From positions 13,268,001 through 13,332,000 of the forward strand of contig JBHGNT010000018.1 of the NCBI GenBank assembly GCA_043228905.1: a stretch of DNA of 64,000 nt, given 5' to 3'. The position numbers and the translations under genes were made by a program. Positions 25,014 through 35,296 of this stretch are shown here, in pieces. Within the stretch, counting starts at the first letter, position 1, and each line of letters starts with the position of its first letter. The stretch comes from Azolla caroliniana. Lineage: Eukaryota; Plantae; Polypodiophyta. The notes below the pieces were generated by a model, which was given only the letters and a program-made list of their open reading frames with translations, was not told the origin of the DNA and searched no databases.

Positions 25014-25216
25014 ACCGTTTGTAATGTGAAAGGTCGCCTTCGAGGGTAGGGTGTTAGTATCGGCATCTAAACCAGATTCGGCTTTCGTCCAGTATTTTGA
25101 GAAATAACTGTCATCAAGGTATTTCCCTCAAAGGTGATCTAAAAGATCAGATTTTATTTCCGTGAAGCTAAGCATGTTAACTTCTTTAATGCGACTAAGA
25201 GCATCAGCAACGGTGT

Positions 25217-27405
25217 TCATAGAACCCTTGCGATATCGTATGGAAAAATCAAAATCTTGCATAAGGTCAGGCCAACGGCCTTTACGACCAACAAGATCTG
25301 TTGTAAGTGCCTCCAAAAATACTTTAATGATTGATGGTCTGTTGTAACCACAAATTTATTTCCATAGAGATAGTGCCTCCATGTTTTAAGTGCGTGTATC
25401 ACCGCAAACAACTCTTTCTCTTGAACCGAATACCGAGATTGAGCAGCATCAAGCTTCTTACTTTCAAAAGCGATAGGGTGACCACCTTGATAAAGAACGA
25501 CACCAATAGCATAATCACTAGCATCGGTTTCAATTGAGAAAGGCTTAGAAGGGTCTGGTAATAGAAGAGTGGGAGCCTGACACACATGCTCCTTGAGTGT
25601 CTGAAATGATTTGTCAAGTTGTTCATTCCATGAAATTGGTTTGACAGACTTACGTGGATGACCTTTTAAAAGGTCAGTTAATGGCGTAGTCAATTTGGAA
25701 TAGTTACGAATTGATTTTCGTAAAAATCCAACAAACCCTAAGAATGATCTAAGTTCACGAATATTACGAGGAATGGGCCAAAGTTTAACCTTTTCAATAC
25801 GAGAAGGTTCAATTTCAACGCCATTTTCTGTAATTAAATGACCTAGGTACACAATAGATTTTTGGAAGAAGTCACATTTTGAATGTTTTGCATAGAAAGA
25901 GTTGTCACGCAACTTTCGCAAAACAAATCGAACATGTTGAACATGATCTTGCAAGGTACGGCTATATATCAAAATATCATCCAAGAAGACGACAACAAAA
26001 TCACCGAGTTGATCTCGGAAAACATCATTCATCGCTTGTTGGAATGTGGCTGGAGCATTAGTCAACCCAAACGGCATGACTAAAAACTCATAATGGCCAT
26101 AGCGCGTACGAAAAGCGGTTTTAGGAATATCATCCTCGGCGATGCGAATTTGATGATAACCAGTTCGTAAGTCAATTTTCGTAAAATATCGAGCCTCGTG
26201 CAAACGATCAATCAAATCATCGGCACGAGGTAATGGATATGCATTCTTAATTGTCATTTTATTCAAACGGCGATAATTGATACACATTCGCCACGAACCT
26301 TCCTTCTTCTTGACTAATAGAACTGGCGCACCCCAAGGTGATTTACTATACCTAATGTGGCCCATACTCAAGTATTCCTTAAGTTGTTTAGCGATCTCAT
26401 CCTCTTCTAATCGACTAAGTCGGCAAGGTGGAATGCTCACAGGAGCAGCCCCAGGGATGAGTTCAATTTGATGGTCCACATTACGTTTAGGTGGTAAAGT
26501 AAGCGGTAATTCAGTAGGAAACACATCTTGAAAATCCTCTAAAATAGAGTCGAGTAATCGTTGCTCAAAATGTGGTAATTGTGTGGCGTCAATATTAAAA
26601 TAATAAAATTGAACCGCAGGATCAATTACACACGAATAAATTAATGAACTAGAATACTCACTTAAAGATTTAGAAGACACAAGTGAATGAGAAGGAAGTT
26701 TGGAACATTGAATAAAATGTTTACAATTATTAAGTTCAAATGTGATTGAGTGATTAACCCAATCAATGGACAAAGAAGGGTTTTTATTAAAAAACCAAGG
26801 ATATCCTAAAATGACATCTGCGGATTGTAATTTCACAACATGAAAGTCAAGCTTCTCCAAATAAGTATCTATTTGAATTGGCAGTTGACAAACAATGCCA
26901 CTGATGTATTGAACGTTTCCATTTGCCATGTGAACTTGATAGATATGATCACTTGCGTTTATGTGGAGCTCCATTTGCTGCACAAAGTGATCATTAAGAA
27001 AATTGTGAGAACTACCGGAATCAAACAAGAAATGTGCTTGTGTTCCATTGATATATCCGACTGCTCGGAGTAAATCATTAGGTCCAAGTAAATGTGAAGG
27101 AAAAGTGCATTCACATAAACTTAAGTGATTGGTATGAACTTCAACAATATCAAAAGACTCACTTGTGTGACTTGTAGATTTGTCTTGAGGAGGGATGTTC
27201 ATTGACTTCCTCTCAAGACGACGACAGGTATCCTTTGTGTGGCCCCGCTTCTTGCAATATGCACAGAAGAGGTTCGGTTTCTTTGAGTCGCGGTCAAGAG
27301 TGTCACTGGATTGCTTACATTTCCCAATGAACTTGACATTCGGAGTTTTGGCGAACTCAGGTTTATTGTGGTCTTTCTTGGAAGTCCTATGGTATCGCAG
27401 CACAA
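25217..27405 (-). CDS. pol: gag C-terminus, protease, RT and RNase H of the chromovirus (frameshift near 25315)
   Basis: 739-aa ORF with zinc knuckle, DSG protease, RT and RNase H motifs. Confidence 0.88.
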
Positions 27406-27874
27406 TGTACACATAACGTTGGTGAGGGTAGGTCACTAATATTTACATTAGTGAAGGGTATGTTCACTATTATTAAAAAGGGGACTAATGATTGGATAGA
27501 ATGAATGATATGTGCATGCACTATCATGATTTAGACAACCAATGAATAGAGAGCCTTTTAGAAAGGCACATCTATTCAAGGGGCCTAGGAAAAGGTATAA
27601 ATATGAGGCTTAGCTACCCTCATAGGGATCATCACGTCGGAAGGCTGCTGTCGTAGACACCGGTGGTGCGGGCTAGGCTTTCGTCTCGACGATCGTGTTT
27701 ATCTCTTCCAAGGTATTAGTCATCCTAATATCCGGCGGTATGGGACGTCGGTGGTAGGTTGGCTATGTCTAGATCATAGCTCGGGGGTGGTCGGGTGGAA
27801 CAGGTTCTTCTATCCAATCTATTTTCTTCCTTTTTACTTGATTTGGTCTATTGATTAGTAATAGACTCTTTACA
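27406..27874 (+). repeat. chromovirus LTR in inverted orientation relative to 23541-23665
   Basis: first ~120 bp are the exact reverse complement of 23542-23660; ends CTTTACA. Confidence 0.9.
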
Positions 27875-27908
27875 GAAAGTGCCTTGCACTTCGAATCCAC
27901 TCCCGGCC

Positions 27909-28773
27909 TCAGTCTTCCTCCAAAATATCGAGCACACTTTGCTCGATCGTGTCAAGTGGTGCTTCTTCCTCCTGTTCCTGTTCCTTGCCTGCCTGGTCTC
28001 CGACCTCCTGTTGGGTAGGCTGTTCTGTAAAAATTTTCTGCTCCGGCTCTGCTTGATTCCGTGGTGCCGGTGCTTCCTCACTGCTTCGTCCGAGTTCTTC
28101 CTGTTCTCCCTCCGTTCCTGGCTCTGTTCTGTTACCGGTGTCGCTTTCTCCCGTCTCGACTGGTCGACTTGATATGCCTCCTTCCTCTGCTCTGGTGTCT
28201 TCCGGTCTCAGCTCTTCTTCTTCTCCTGCATCGGTCCGCTCCTACTCTTCTTCAAGTTCGTCTTCCGGTATTCCTTGTCGAGGTTGTTCGGTGTCGGTTG
28301 GTTCATCTTCATCCGGTCGCGTTCCCTCACCAATAGTGGTTGGCGTCGTTCTTCCCTTAGCTTCCTGTCGTAACCGGTCCTGCTCGTATCTCTCCAACTC
28401 CAACTGAGTTGCGAGTTGCCCGTCATTTGGCTATGGCTGGGGGACGGGGATTCACGAATCCGTATTCCATCATGGCGCGGGCCACTTCTCCGAACAGCAG
28501 GTTCTCTCCACCCTGCGTTCGGTACGCCTTGCTGCTGATAGAGTATTCCCCGAAATATTCGAACAGGATTTCACTGGAAGGGTTTTCGATTGTCTGCAGT
28601 CCTCCTCCTTTGATCCCCGTGAGTGCCTGCACCGCTCCTTCCGTGACTTCTGATATATCGATCGATGCTGCCGCCTGCTCTGGTTTTGCGTGTGGTGGAG
28701 CGTCGGCGATCCGCAGCAAGCCTTTTAACCCGTTCTCCCTCATCCATTGGCGTGCCTCTTCCGACAGTACCAT
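27909..28773 (-). pseudogene. extra ORF homologue with the coiled-coil region deleted
   Basis: N-terminal domain joined directly to the acidic tail. Confidence 0.75.
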
Positions 28774-29146
28774 TGCTTCGAATTCTTCGTCTGCTGCCTG
28801 GTGTTCGGGATCGCGGTGTGTGTGCTCTGTGCGTCGGGTCGCTCTTCTGTGCTTCTGCGCCTGTATGTAGGAAAATTCGTAAAACGTGAGCCCTTCGCAG
28901 GCCTGTGTCTTATATAGTGGGTTGTGCCTCGAGCCGTCCTTTTTCGTTTCCCGCGCATGTTCCTCTCCCGCCATAATTAGTATGTCCTTTCTTGTTTGCC
29001 GCGTGTGAGTGCCCACGTTCTCTGCTTTAAATAGCAAGTCTGCACACGTCCTTCTTTAATGCATGGCGCCTCTTCGTTGCATGGTGGCGCTCCCACCTCT
29101 TGTGATCTCCCCATCATTACGATGATTCGCGTCGATTTTGCCCACG

Positions 29147-29182
<36 letters not shown>

Positions 29183-29192
29183 CTGGACCACG

Positions 29193-30168
29193 TCATTTGC
29201 TGGTCCCCCCCGCTTTGTTCGGGTCGGTTCGTGCGGATACCGGATCCTTCTGTCGGTTTTCCGGGATGGTCCTCGTCAGTATCGGTGTCGGTTCTTCCTC
29301 GGTCCGAATGTCTTCAGCAGCGTCTGTCGGTGTCGGTTCTTCCTCTTGCCGGATTTCCGGGTTTCGCTTGAACGGGTTGGCTGGCATATTTCCTTTATAC
29401 GGCTTTAGCCGAAATCCATTTGCCCACTTGCCGATGACATCTCCAGACAACGTGCCGAGCTGATACGACCCATTGTACTCCTTGGTGATCCAGAACGGTC
29501 CGGTCCATCGAAACCGCAACTTTCCCGGCATGTTCCCCATCCTTGTCTGGAATAGTAGCACCGGTTTCCCGACTTCGAACTCCTTTTCATTGCCACGCCG
29601 GTGTCGGTCCACGAAGGCTTTTCTCCTCCTTTGCTCCAGTTCGAGTTGTAGTAAGCTGGCTATTCGGTTTTCCTCTAATTCCAACAGCGTTGCCAGTCGG
29701 ATTCGTTCGGACTCGTTCTCACTTAAGCGCTCCTTTACCTGAATCCGTAAGCTGGGGATCTGGAACTCTACCGGCATGACCGCTTCTAACCCGAATGCTA
29801 GTCGGAACGGGGTTGTCCGGATGCTGGTTTTGTACGTTGTTCGGTACGCCCATAGCGCGCTTTGCAATTTCGTATCCCAGTCGGTCCGGTTCTCGTTGAC
29901 GATTTTTCGTAGGATGTTCTGCAGAGTTTTGTTCGTTGATTCCGCTAGTCCATTGGCTTGAGGGTAGTAGGGTGTACTCTTTTTATGTACCACCGCGTAA
30001 AATGACGTCAGGCTTTCTACTACCTGCCCGAGAAAATGTCCTCCTTGGTCACTTATAAGCTCGATCGGGCATCCATACCGGCACCATATGCATTCGTACA
30101 GAAACTTTGCCGTGGAAGCGGCCGTGTTGTCCCGTAAGGCCTTTGCTTCTACCCATTTGGTGCAATAG
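29193..30168 (-). CDS. gypsy integrase core and C-terminus (open frame, 5'-truncated)
   Basis: YCTKWVEA..ISDQGGHF..YYPQANGLAESTNK..WTGPF. Confidence 0.9.
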
Positions 30169-32141
30169 AAAGAAGAAAAAAGACATGTGATTGGTCTTTT
30201 TGGCTTGGATCTGATCGCAAAGAAAGAAGAAAAAAGCAAGGGAGAAATAAAGCCTATGATCTATGCAAGACCCAACCACCACATGTATCTTCCAAAGATG
30301 CGAGAGTGCATTTCTATCCACATATGACCGGACACACATGGCCAGAAAGCAACCGACTGGACCAAAGGGAATTGTTGGAACAAAGATGGAGAAGGCAATT
30401 AAGAAAGCGAAAGAAATACAAACCGATGCGGAAAGACACGACTAATCAAATGGCCCGGAACAAGGAAGCAGAAGTACAACCAAATGGGCAGAACTCGCCG
30501 GAATGGCTGGACAACGGGCAAGAGTGGTCGGAGTGACTGGATAGCAGCCAAAGTGTCTAAGTGGCCGGACAACAGTCGGAGCGACCGTAGAGAGGTCGGA
30601 TGGCCGAATAACGGCCAGACAGCGGCTGAAGAGCAACCGGGCAACAATCTGCGCGGTTGGAGAGCGGTCGGAAGGGCCGGAAACTGGTCGGAATAACCGG
30701 ATGCAGACAGGCGACCAGGACGACGGACCGGACGCATGACCGGAAGACAACAGACAAATGGCTGGGACAATAGCTGAACAACAATAGGAGTGGCGGCAGC
30801 GAAAAATTGGCGACGAAGATGGTCGGACAACAAACGGCCGAGTAAAAGCTGTCAGACGAATGACGATGCCAAACAATGGCAGAACTGGCTGGACGAACCG
30901 GACAGATGAGCGGACGGGATGGACAAGCATCAGATAGCCGACGACCGGACAGACGGCGGGAGGAAGACTGGAATCGACGGACACGCCGGACAAAGCGACA
31001 GACGATGGCCGGAATAGCAAACATCGAATGGTTGTAGAGGCGGCCGAAAAGACACGACCAGAAGGGCCGAAGACAGAGACGGCAACGAACTGACAACCGA
31101 TAGACAACAACGGCTAGACACAGCCGAACCGCGGCCAGAACGGAGGCCGGAAGAACAGCCGGATAGATGGCCAAATATTGACGAGTGAATAGAGTGGTCA
31201 TGCGACGAATCTCAGCCAAAACAGGTAGCCAACTGGAGACTGGCCGGATAGGCCTAGCGACGACGAGAAAGGGAGATGGTGATGACCGACACAGAGATGA
31301 AAGGCGCCGGGACGATGAATAGCAACGGCCACAGAAGCGACAACAATGAATATAGAAGGACGGAAACGACGACGGCAACACAAAGAAGGAGATGACGTGC
31401 AAGCAAAGGGAGAGTGAAGGTCGCGTTTCCTCCCTACCCCGAAACGCAAAAACAGAACAAGGACGAAGTGGAAAAAACAGAGATAGAAGAAGAAAGAGAG
31501 AGGAGGAAAATGGAACACAAAAAGGAAAGAAGAGGGGTATAGAAGAAGAAGAAAAATAGACAGAGAAAAGAAGAAGAGAAGCGGGAAATGAAAGCAGAAA
31601 GAAGTAGAAAGAGATGAGGGATACGCACAAGAGAGAGTGTAATAACGGACCACAACAATAACCTAGAGATAAAGACGAAGTCGGAGCATTACAAAAACAA
31701 GAAGACAGGAATGGATAAAGACGAAATTGAAGCAGAAGATAGGACGGGAAGAAAAATAGAGAAAGGGCAAGAGAGAATGATAGGGGTATGGAACATAAAT
31801 TTTAAACATGAGGGTATTTGATAATATTTCAAAAACAAAGGGTAGCAACCTAAAATGTCATAAACTTGAGGGCACCGACGAAATTGTAAAAACTCATCCA
31901 CCTAGAGAAATGGATGTGATCAACAACGACAACTCACACAAAATTAAAGGAAGAACACACATACACAGAACGTGCTTTTGGACCCATGATGAAGTTCGTA
32001 AGCCGACAAAACGAGAATGTTTGTGTCGCAGACGATTTTCTGACCGACAAAGATGTTCGAGTCAAGCATTCCGATCGAGGGAGTCGATCGTTGAAAGGAC
32101 CGATGGAAGTTCCGGTCGAAGAAATATCATCATCAAGGCAT

Positions 32142-32181
32142 GTGGGATCGACGTGCAAGGCACTTTCCCATGGGCGTGCCA
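32142..32181 (+). other. tRNA-Arg 3'-half-like motif at the PPT position
   Basis: GTGGGATCGACGTGCAAGGCACTTTCCCATGGGCGTGCCA, 5 nt before TGTTACCC. Confidence 0.75.
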
Positions 32182-33228
32182 TATTGTGTTACCCTGTACG
32201 AGATGTACGGAGAGTCAAGTGTGATGAGCGAGGGTCGAATGTTATCATGAGGTTGTGTATGTGTAGGGGGCATAAATGTAATTGTGAGTCTATACGTATG
32301 TGAACACATGCACACGTGTGTGCATGTGGATGGATACGAGGAGGTGTGAGTGAGTGTCCAATATGAATGCTCGAGGGGGCTTACACCCCTATGTATCTAC
32401 CCCCTCTTGTACTATTTAACCCCTTATGGGGAATGAATGAAACATGAATAACCATTTCTCTCTCTCTCTCTCTCTCTCTTTGACATCTTTCTCTCTCTCC
32501 CCCCTTAACGTTGTCGTGCCTTTCGGCTTCGGATCGTTTGCGTGAGTCGGGTGGGAACCACTGGGGTTTTGGACTAGGAAGAGGAGAATTTTAAGGCTAA
32601 TAAGAATATAAATATGTTGTAAGAAAGAGTTATAGCAAACTCGTGAATCCCACGAGTGTATTGTATTTGATTAATCAATATGAATATAAGAATATAAATT
32701 TGGGTTGAAAGAGAATGATATAGAATCCTCGTGAATCCCACGAGTATAGTTTATTAATTGGTGTTTTTTTAGAAACATATCCAGTTTCCAAATATTTTTC
32801 ACACACCTATTACATTGTGCTCCCCATCCTTATGTAGTGATGGGAGAGACTAAGCATAGCTACATGCTTTTTTTCTAATATGTTCATGCACACTAAATAT
32901 GCATGTGATGCTTTTCTAATCCTTGCTTTTATTTGCTAAATATAGTGCTCATGCATGCTAGATGTGCACGAGTCACTTTTTAGTTGCTTGCGTTTTTTCT
33001 ATAAAATATTCACACACTCTAAAAATGCACGATTTACCTTTTAATAAAGGTAGGCGCAAATAAAGCACTTATAGTTATTAAATCTATTTATAGAACACTA
33101 AAGATAAGGTAGTATAATGGTAAAGTTGAGGTTTGGCTACGTGGAGGTACAGGGTTCAAATCTTGCCCTATGCACGTGATAAATATCTTGATATTCTTAT
33201 TTTATTTATTTATATGTAATTAAATCGG

Positions 33229-35262
33229 TTATATTATTTTTACTTTTTTACGTAGTGTACGAAATACACTACGACACTCGCCCCCTCCGAACCCGCACAT
33301 CCTCCGGTATGTGCCGAAGTTGCCGATGCTCGTTGTCTCCCCTTCATCCTCCGTTTGTCCCGCTATGTCAACTTTGTCTCTCCATTTTGAGTAGACCCAT
33401 TCTTTCCACCCGAACCATTGTCGCCATCCGATCCACCATATTCTTTGTTCATTCGTGGTAGTGTCTTTTACTGGGCTCTTTCTTGTCTTCATCAACCTTG
33501 ACTTTTTTCCGGATCGCTCTCGTCCGATCGACTTTCGGTTTGATCGGCTTCCGATCGGATTCGTATTCGGCCGAATCGGAATCGGTTGTTCGGTTTCGAT
33601 TGAGTCGGTCTCCTTCCGGCCCGGTTTCGATCTATTGGTTTCGGTTTCAGTTGGCTTTCTTTTCCTCGTTTTCACCAGCCTCGACCGGTCCAACCTCCGG
33701 TTGAGTCGGATTAGCTTCTTTTCGGATCGGTTTCGTCCGATCGGCTTTCGGCTAGGTCGGCTTCCATCCATATTCGCGTTCGGCCAAGTCAGACTCAGTC
33801 GATCGGTTTTGACCGAGTCGACCCCTTTTCGGGTCGGCTTTCTTTCGGGTCGTCTTTCGGCCGAATCCTCATTCGCCCGGTTCGGCTTTCGTTTGGAATT
33901 CTCTTCCTTTCGGTTCGGCTTTCTTTCGGGTCGACTTTTGGTCAAATCCTCTTTTACCCGGTTCGGCTTTCTTTCGGATCGGAATCCCGTCCGGATCACC
34001 TTCCATCCAAACCGGCTTCCGACTTTACCTTTCTTGCTGCCACCTCCCGTCTCTCCGGTCTCACGTTGGTTCTCGGACACAACCGCCGAAGTCTCTAGAA
34101 TTAGTGGGTAGGAATCCTCGGTATTATCATCCTCCATTGTTTCACCCATAGCCATATTCTCGGCTATCTCTCCGTCATAATCATCGACTTCGACCTTTGT
34201 TTTCTCTCCGCCACCTTCTGTCTCTTCGGTCTCACGTTGCCTTTCGATCGCAACCGCCGGAGTCTCTGGAATCAGTGGTGGGGAAGTCTCGATATGGCAA
34301 TCCGCCATTGATTCGTCCATAGCCACCTCCGATTCGATTTCGTCTTTTGTGGCTACCTCCTTAATCACATCCACTTCACACTCTTTATCTGCATCAATTA
34401 TGCAAACATCTATTATGCTTACCCCTTTTTGACCCGATGTCTCGGGCACTTGTATCCCGAAATTTCCTTCTACACTTGAATTATCGGCCTTATCCTTCGC
34501 CATCGTTCTTTCACAAGACGAGTGGGTGTCTTGTTCCACTCTTTCTCCCGTGGTACCATCATGTTGTATTTCGGCCTTCATATTGGCTTCATCGTTTTTC
34601 CTCAATCGACCATCCTTCATGGGCCATGTCGTTGTTGACGAGATTCTCAGCTTCCTTTCATCATGTCTTCGGCATACCCTTTCGACTTTGGCCCAATCCT
34701 CGGTAAGGCCGTTCGCACCGTCATCATCTTCGAGTTCGATCCCAATGTCCATCCTTTCTTTCCGATCGATCGATCTTACGAACATTAAGACTTTATCTTC
34801 TCCCACCAATCTTCGTTCCCGCTCCGAGAGTCGAGCAAAACGATGCTCGAACTCTAGGAACGCTTGCGTTGCACTTCGGTGAGTCTTCTCCGACGCCACC
34901 CATTCGTCGAATTCTCGTCGATCTCGTCCCGTCCATCTCTCATAGTCATATGCCTCCCGTAAAGCTTCTTCAAAGGACTCCCATGTCGAGTTTTGTTGTT
35001 GTATCTTGTGGATTCTCTCTTGTAGTTCGTCCGAGGCCACCCGACTAAAGGATATCACTTGCAATCCTTCCGGTATCCGATATTGCATCATCTCCGCCTT
35101 ATATTCACGTAGGTAGCGTGACACACCCTTACCGTTGAATTGTCCGTTTCGTTGTACGAGCCGCTTTACTACCGCCGTGATCTCCGACATCGCTCGTTGT
35201 TCTTGTAGCATCCGTTCGAACATCATCATCATCATGTTCATCGCCTCTTGTTGATTCTCCAT
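33229..35262 (-). CDS. gag: Gag-like protein with acidic then basic repeat-rich tail (~677 aa, intact)
   Basis: GQFNGKGVSRYLREY..TWESFEEALREAY..FEHRF capsid-like N-terminus; uninterrupted frame with stop inside the 3' LTR. Confidence 0.75.
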   Translation of the reverse strand: MENQQEAMNMMMMMFERMLQEQRAMSEITAVVKRLVQRNGQFNGKGVSRYLREYKAEMMQYRIPEGLQVISFSRVASDELQERIHKIQQQNSTWESFEEALREAYDYERWTGRDRREFDEWVASEKTHRSATQAFLEFEHRFARLSERERRLVGEDKVLMFVRSIDRKERMDIGIELEDDDGANGLTEDWAKVERVCRRHDERKLRISSTTTWPMKDGRLRKNDEANMKAEIQHDGTTGERVEQDTHSSCERTMAKDKADNSSVEGNFGIQVPETSGQKGVSIIDVCIIDADKECEVDVIKEVATKDEIESEVAMDESMADCHIETSPPLIPETPAVAIERQRETEETEGGGEKTKVEVDDYDGEIAENMAMGETMEDDNTEDSYPLILETSAVVSENQRETGETGGGSKKGKVGSRFGWKVIRTGFRSERKPNRVKEDLTKSRPERKPNRKEENSKRKPNRANEDSAERRPERKPTRKGVDSVKTDRLSLTWPNANMDGSRPSRKPIGRNRSEKKLIRLNRRLDRSRLVKTRKRKPTETETNRSKPGRKETDSIETEQPIPIRPNTNPIGSRSNRKSIGRERSGKKSRLMKTRKSPVKDTTTNEQRIWWIGWRQWFGWKEWVYSKWRDKVDIAGQTEDEGETTSIGNFGTYRRMCGFGGGECRSVFRTLRKKVKII

Positions 35263-35278
35263 CCCCTTGCCACCCGTC

Positions 35279-35296
35279 TTCACGTCGGGTTCACCA
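35279..35296 (-). promoter_or_regulatory. primer-binding site, tRNA-Trp
   Basis: TGGTGAACCCGACGTGAA is the complement of the recalled plant tRNA-Trp 3' end UUCACGUCGGGUUCACCA. Confidence 0.85.

Larger units (their letters stand above)
23541..27405 (-). mobile_element. chromovirus (Ty3/gypsy): partial 3' LTR 23541-23665, PPT, nearly intact pol, gag truncated
   Basis: CAYCKKRGHTKDTC, LFDSGSS, FLDDIL, RNase H, integrase, chromodomain; same family as 54663-61769. Confidence 0.95.
27875..30168 (-). mobile_element. Ty3/gypsy fragment, sister of element 1-10878: integrase, internally deleted extra ORF, truncated tRNA-like motif
   Basis: integrase strongly similar to 780-1600; extra ORF ends IEQSVLDILEED* at 27909. 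Confidence 0.92.

Noticed and set aside
30442-31653. Long minus-strand ORFs of 151-357 aa
   Set aside because: Low-complexity S/F/L/R translations caused by strand compositional bias; no domain motifs
33455-34111. 218-aa plus-strand ORF and other long antisense ORFs over gag and pol
   Set aside because: Shadow frames of repeat-rich coding sequence on the other strand
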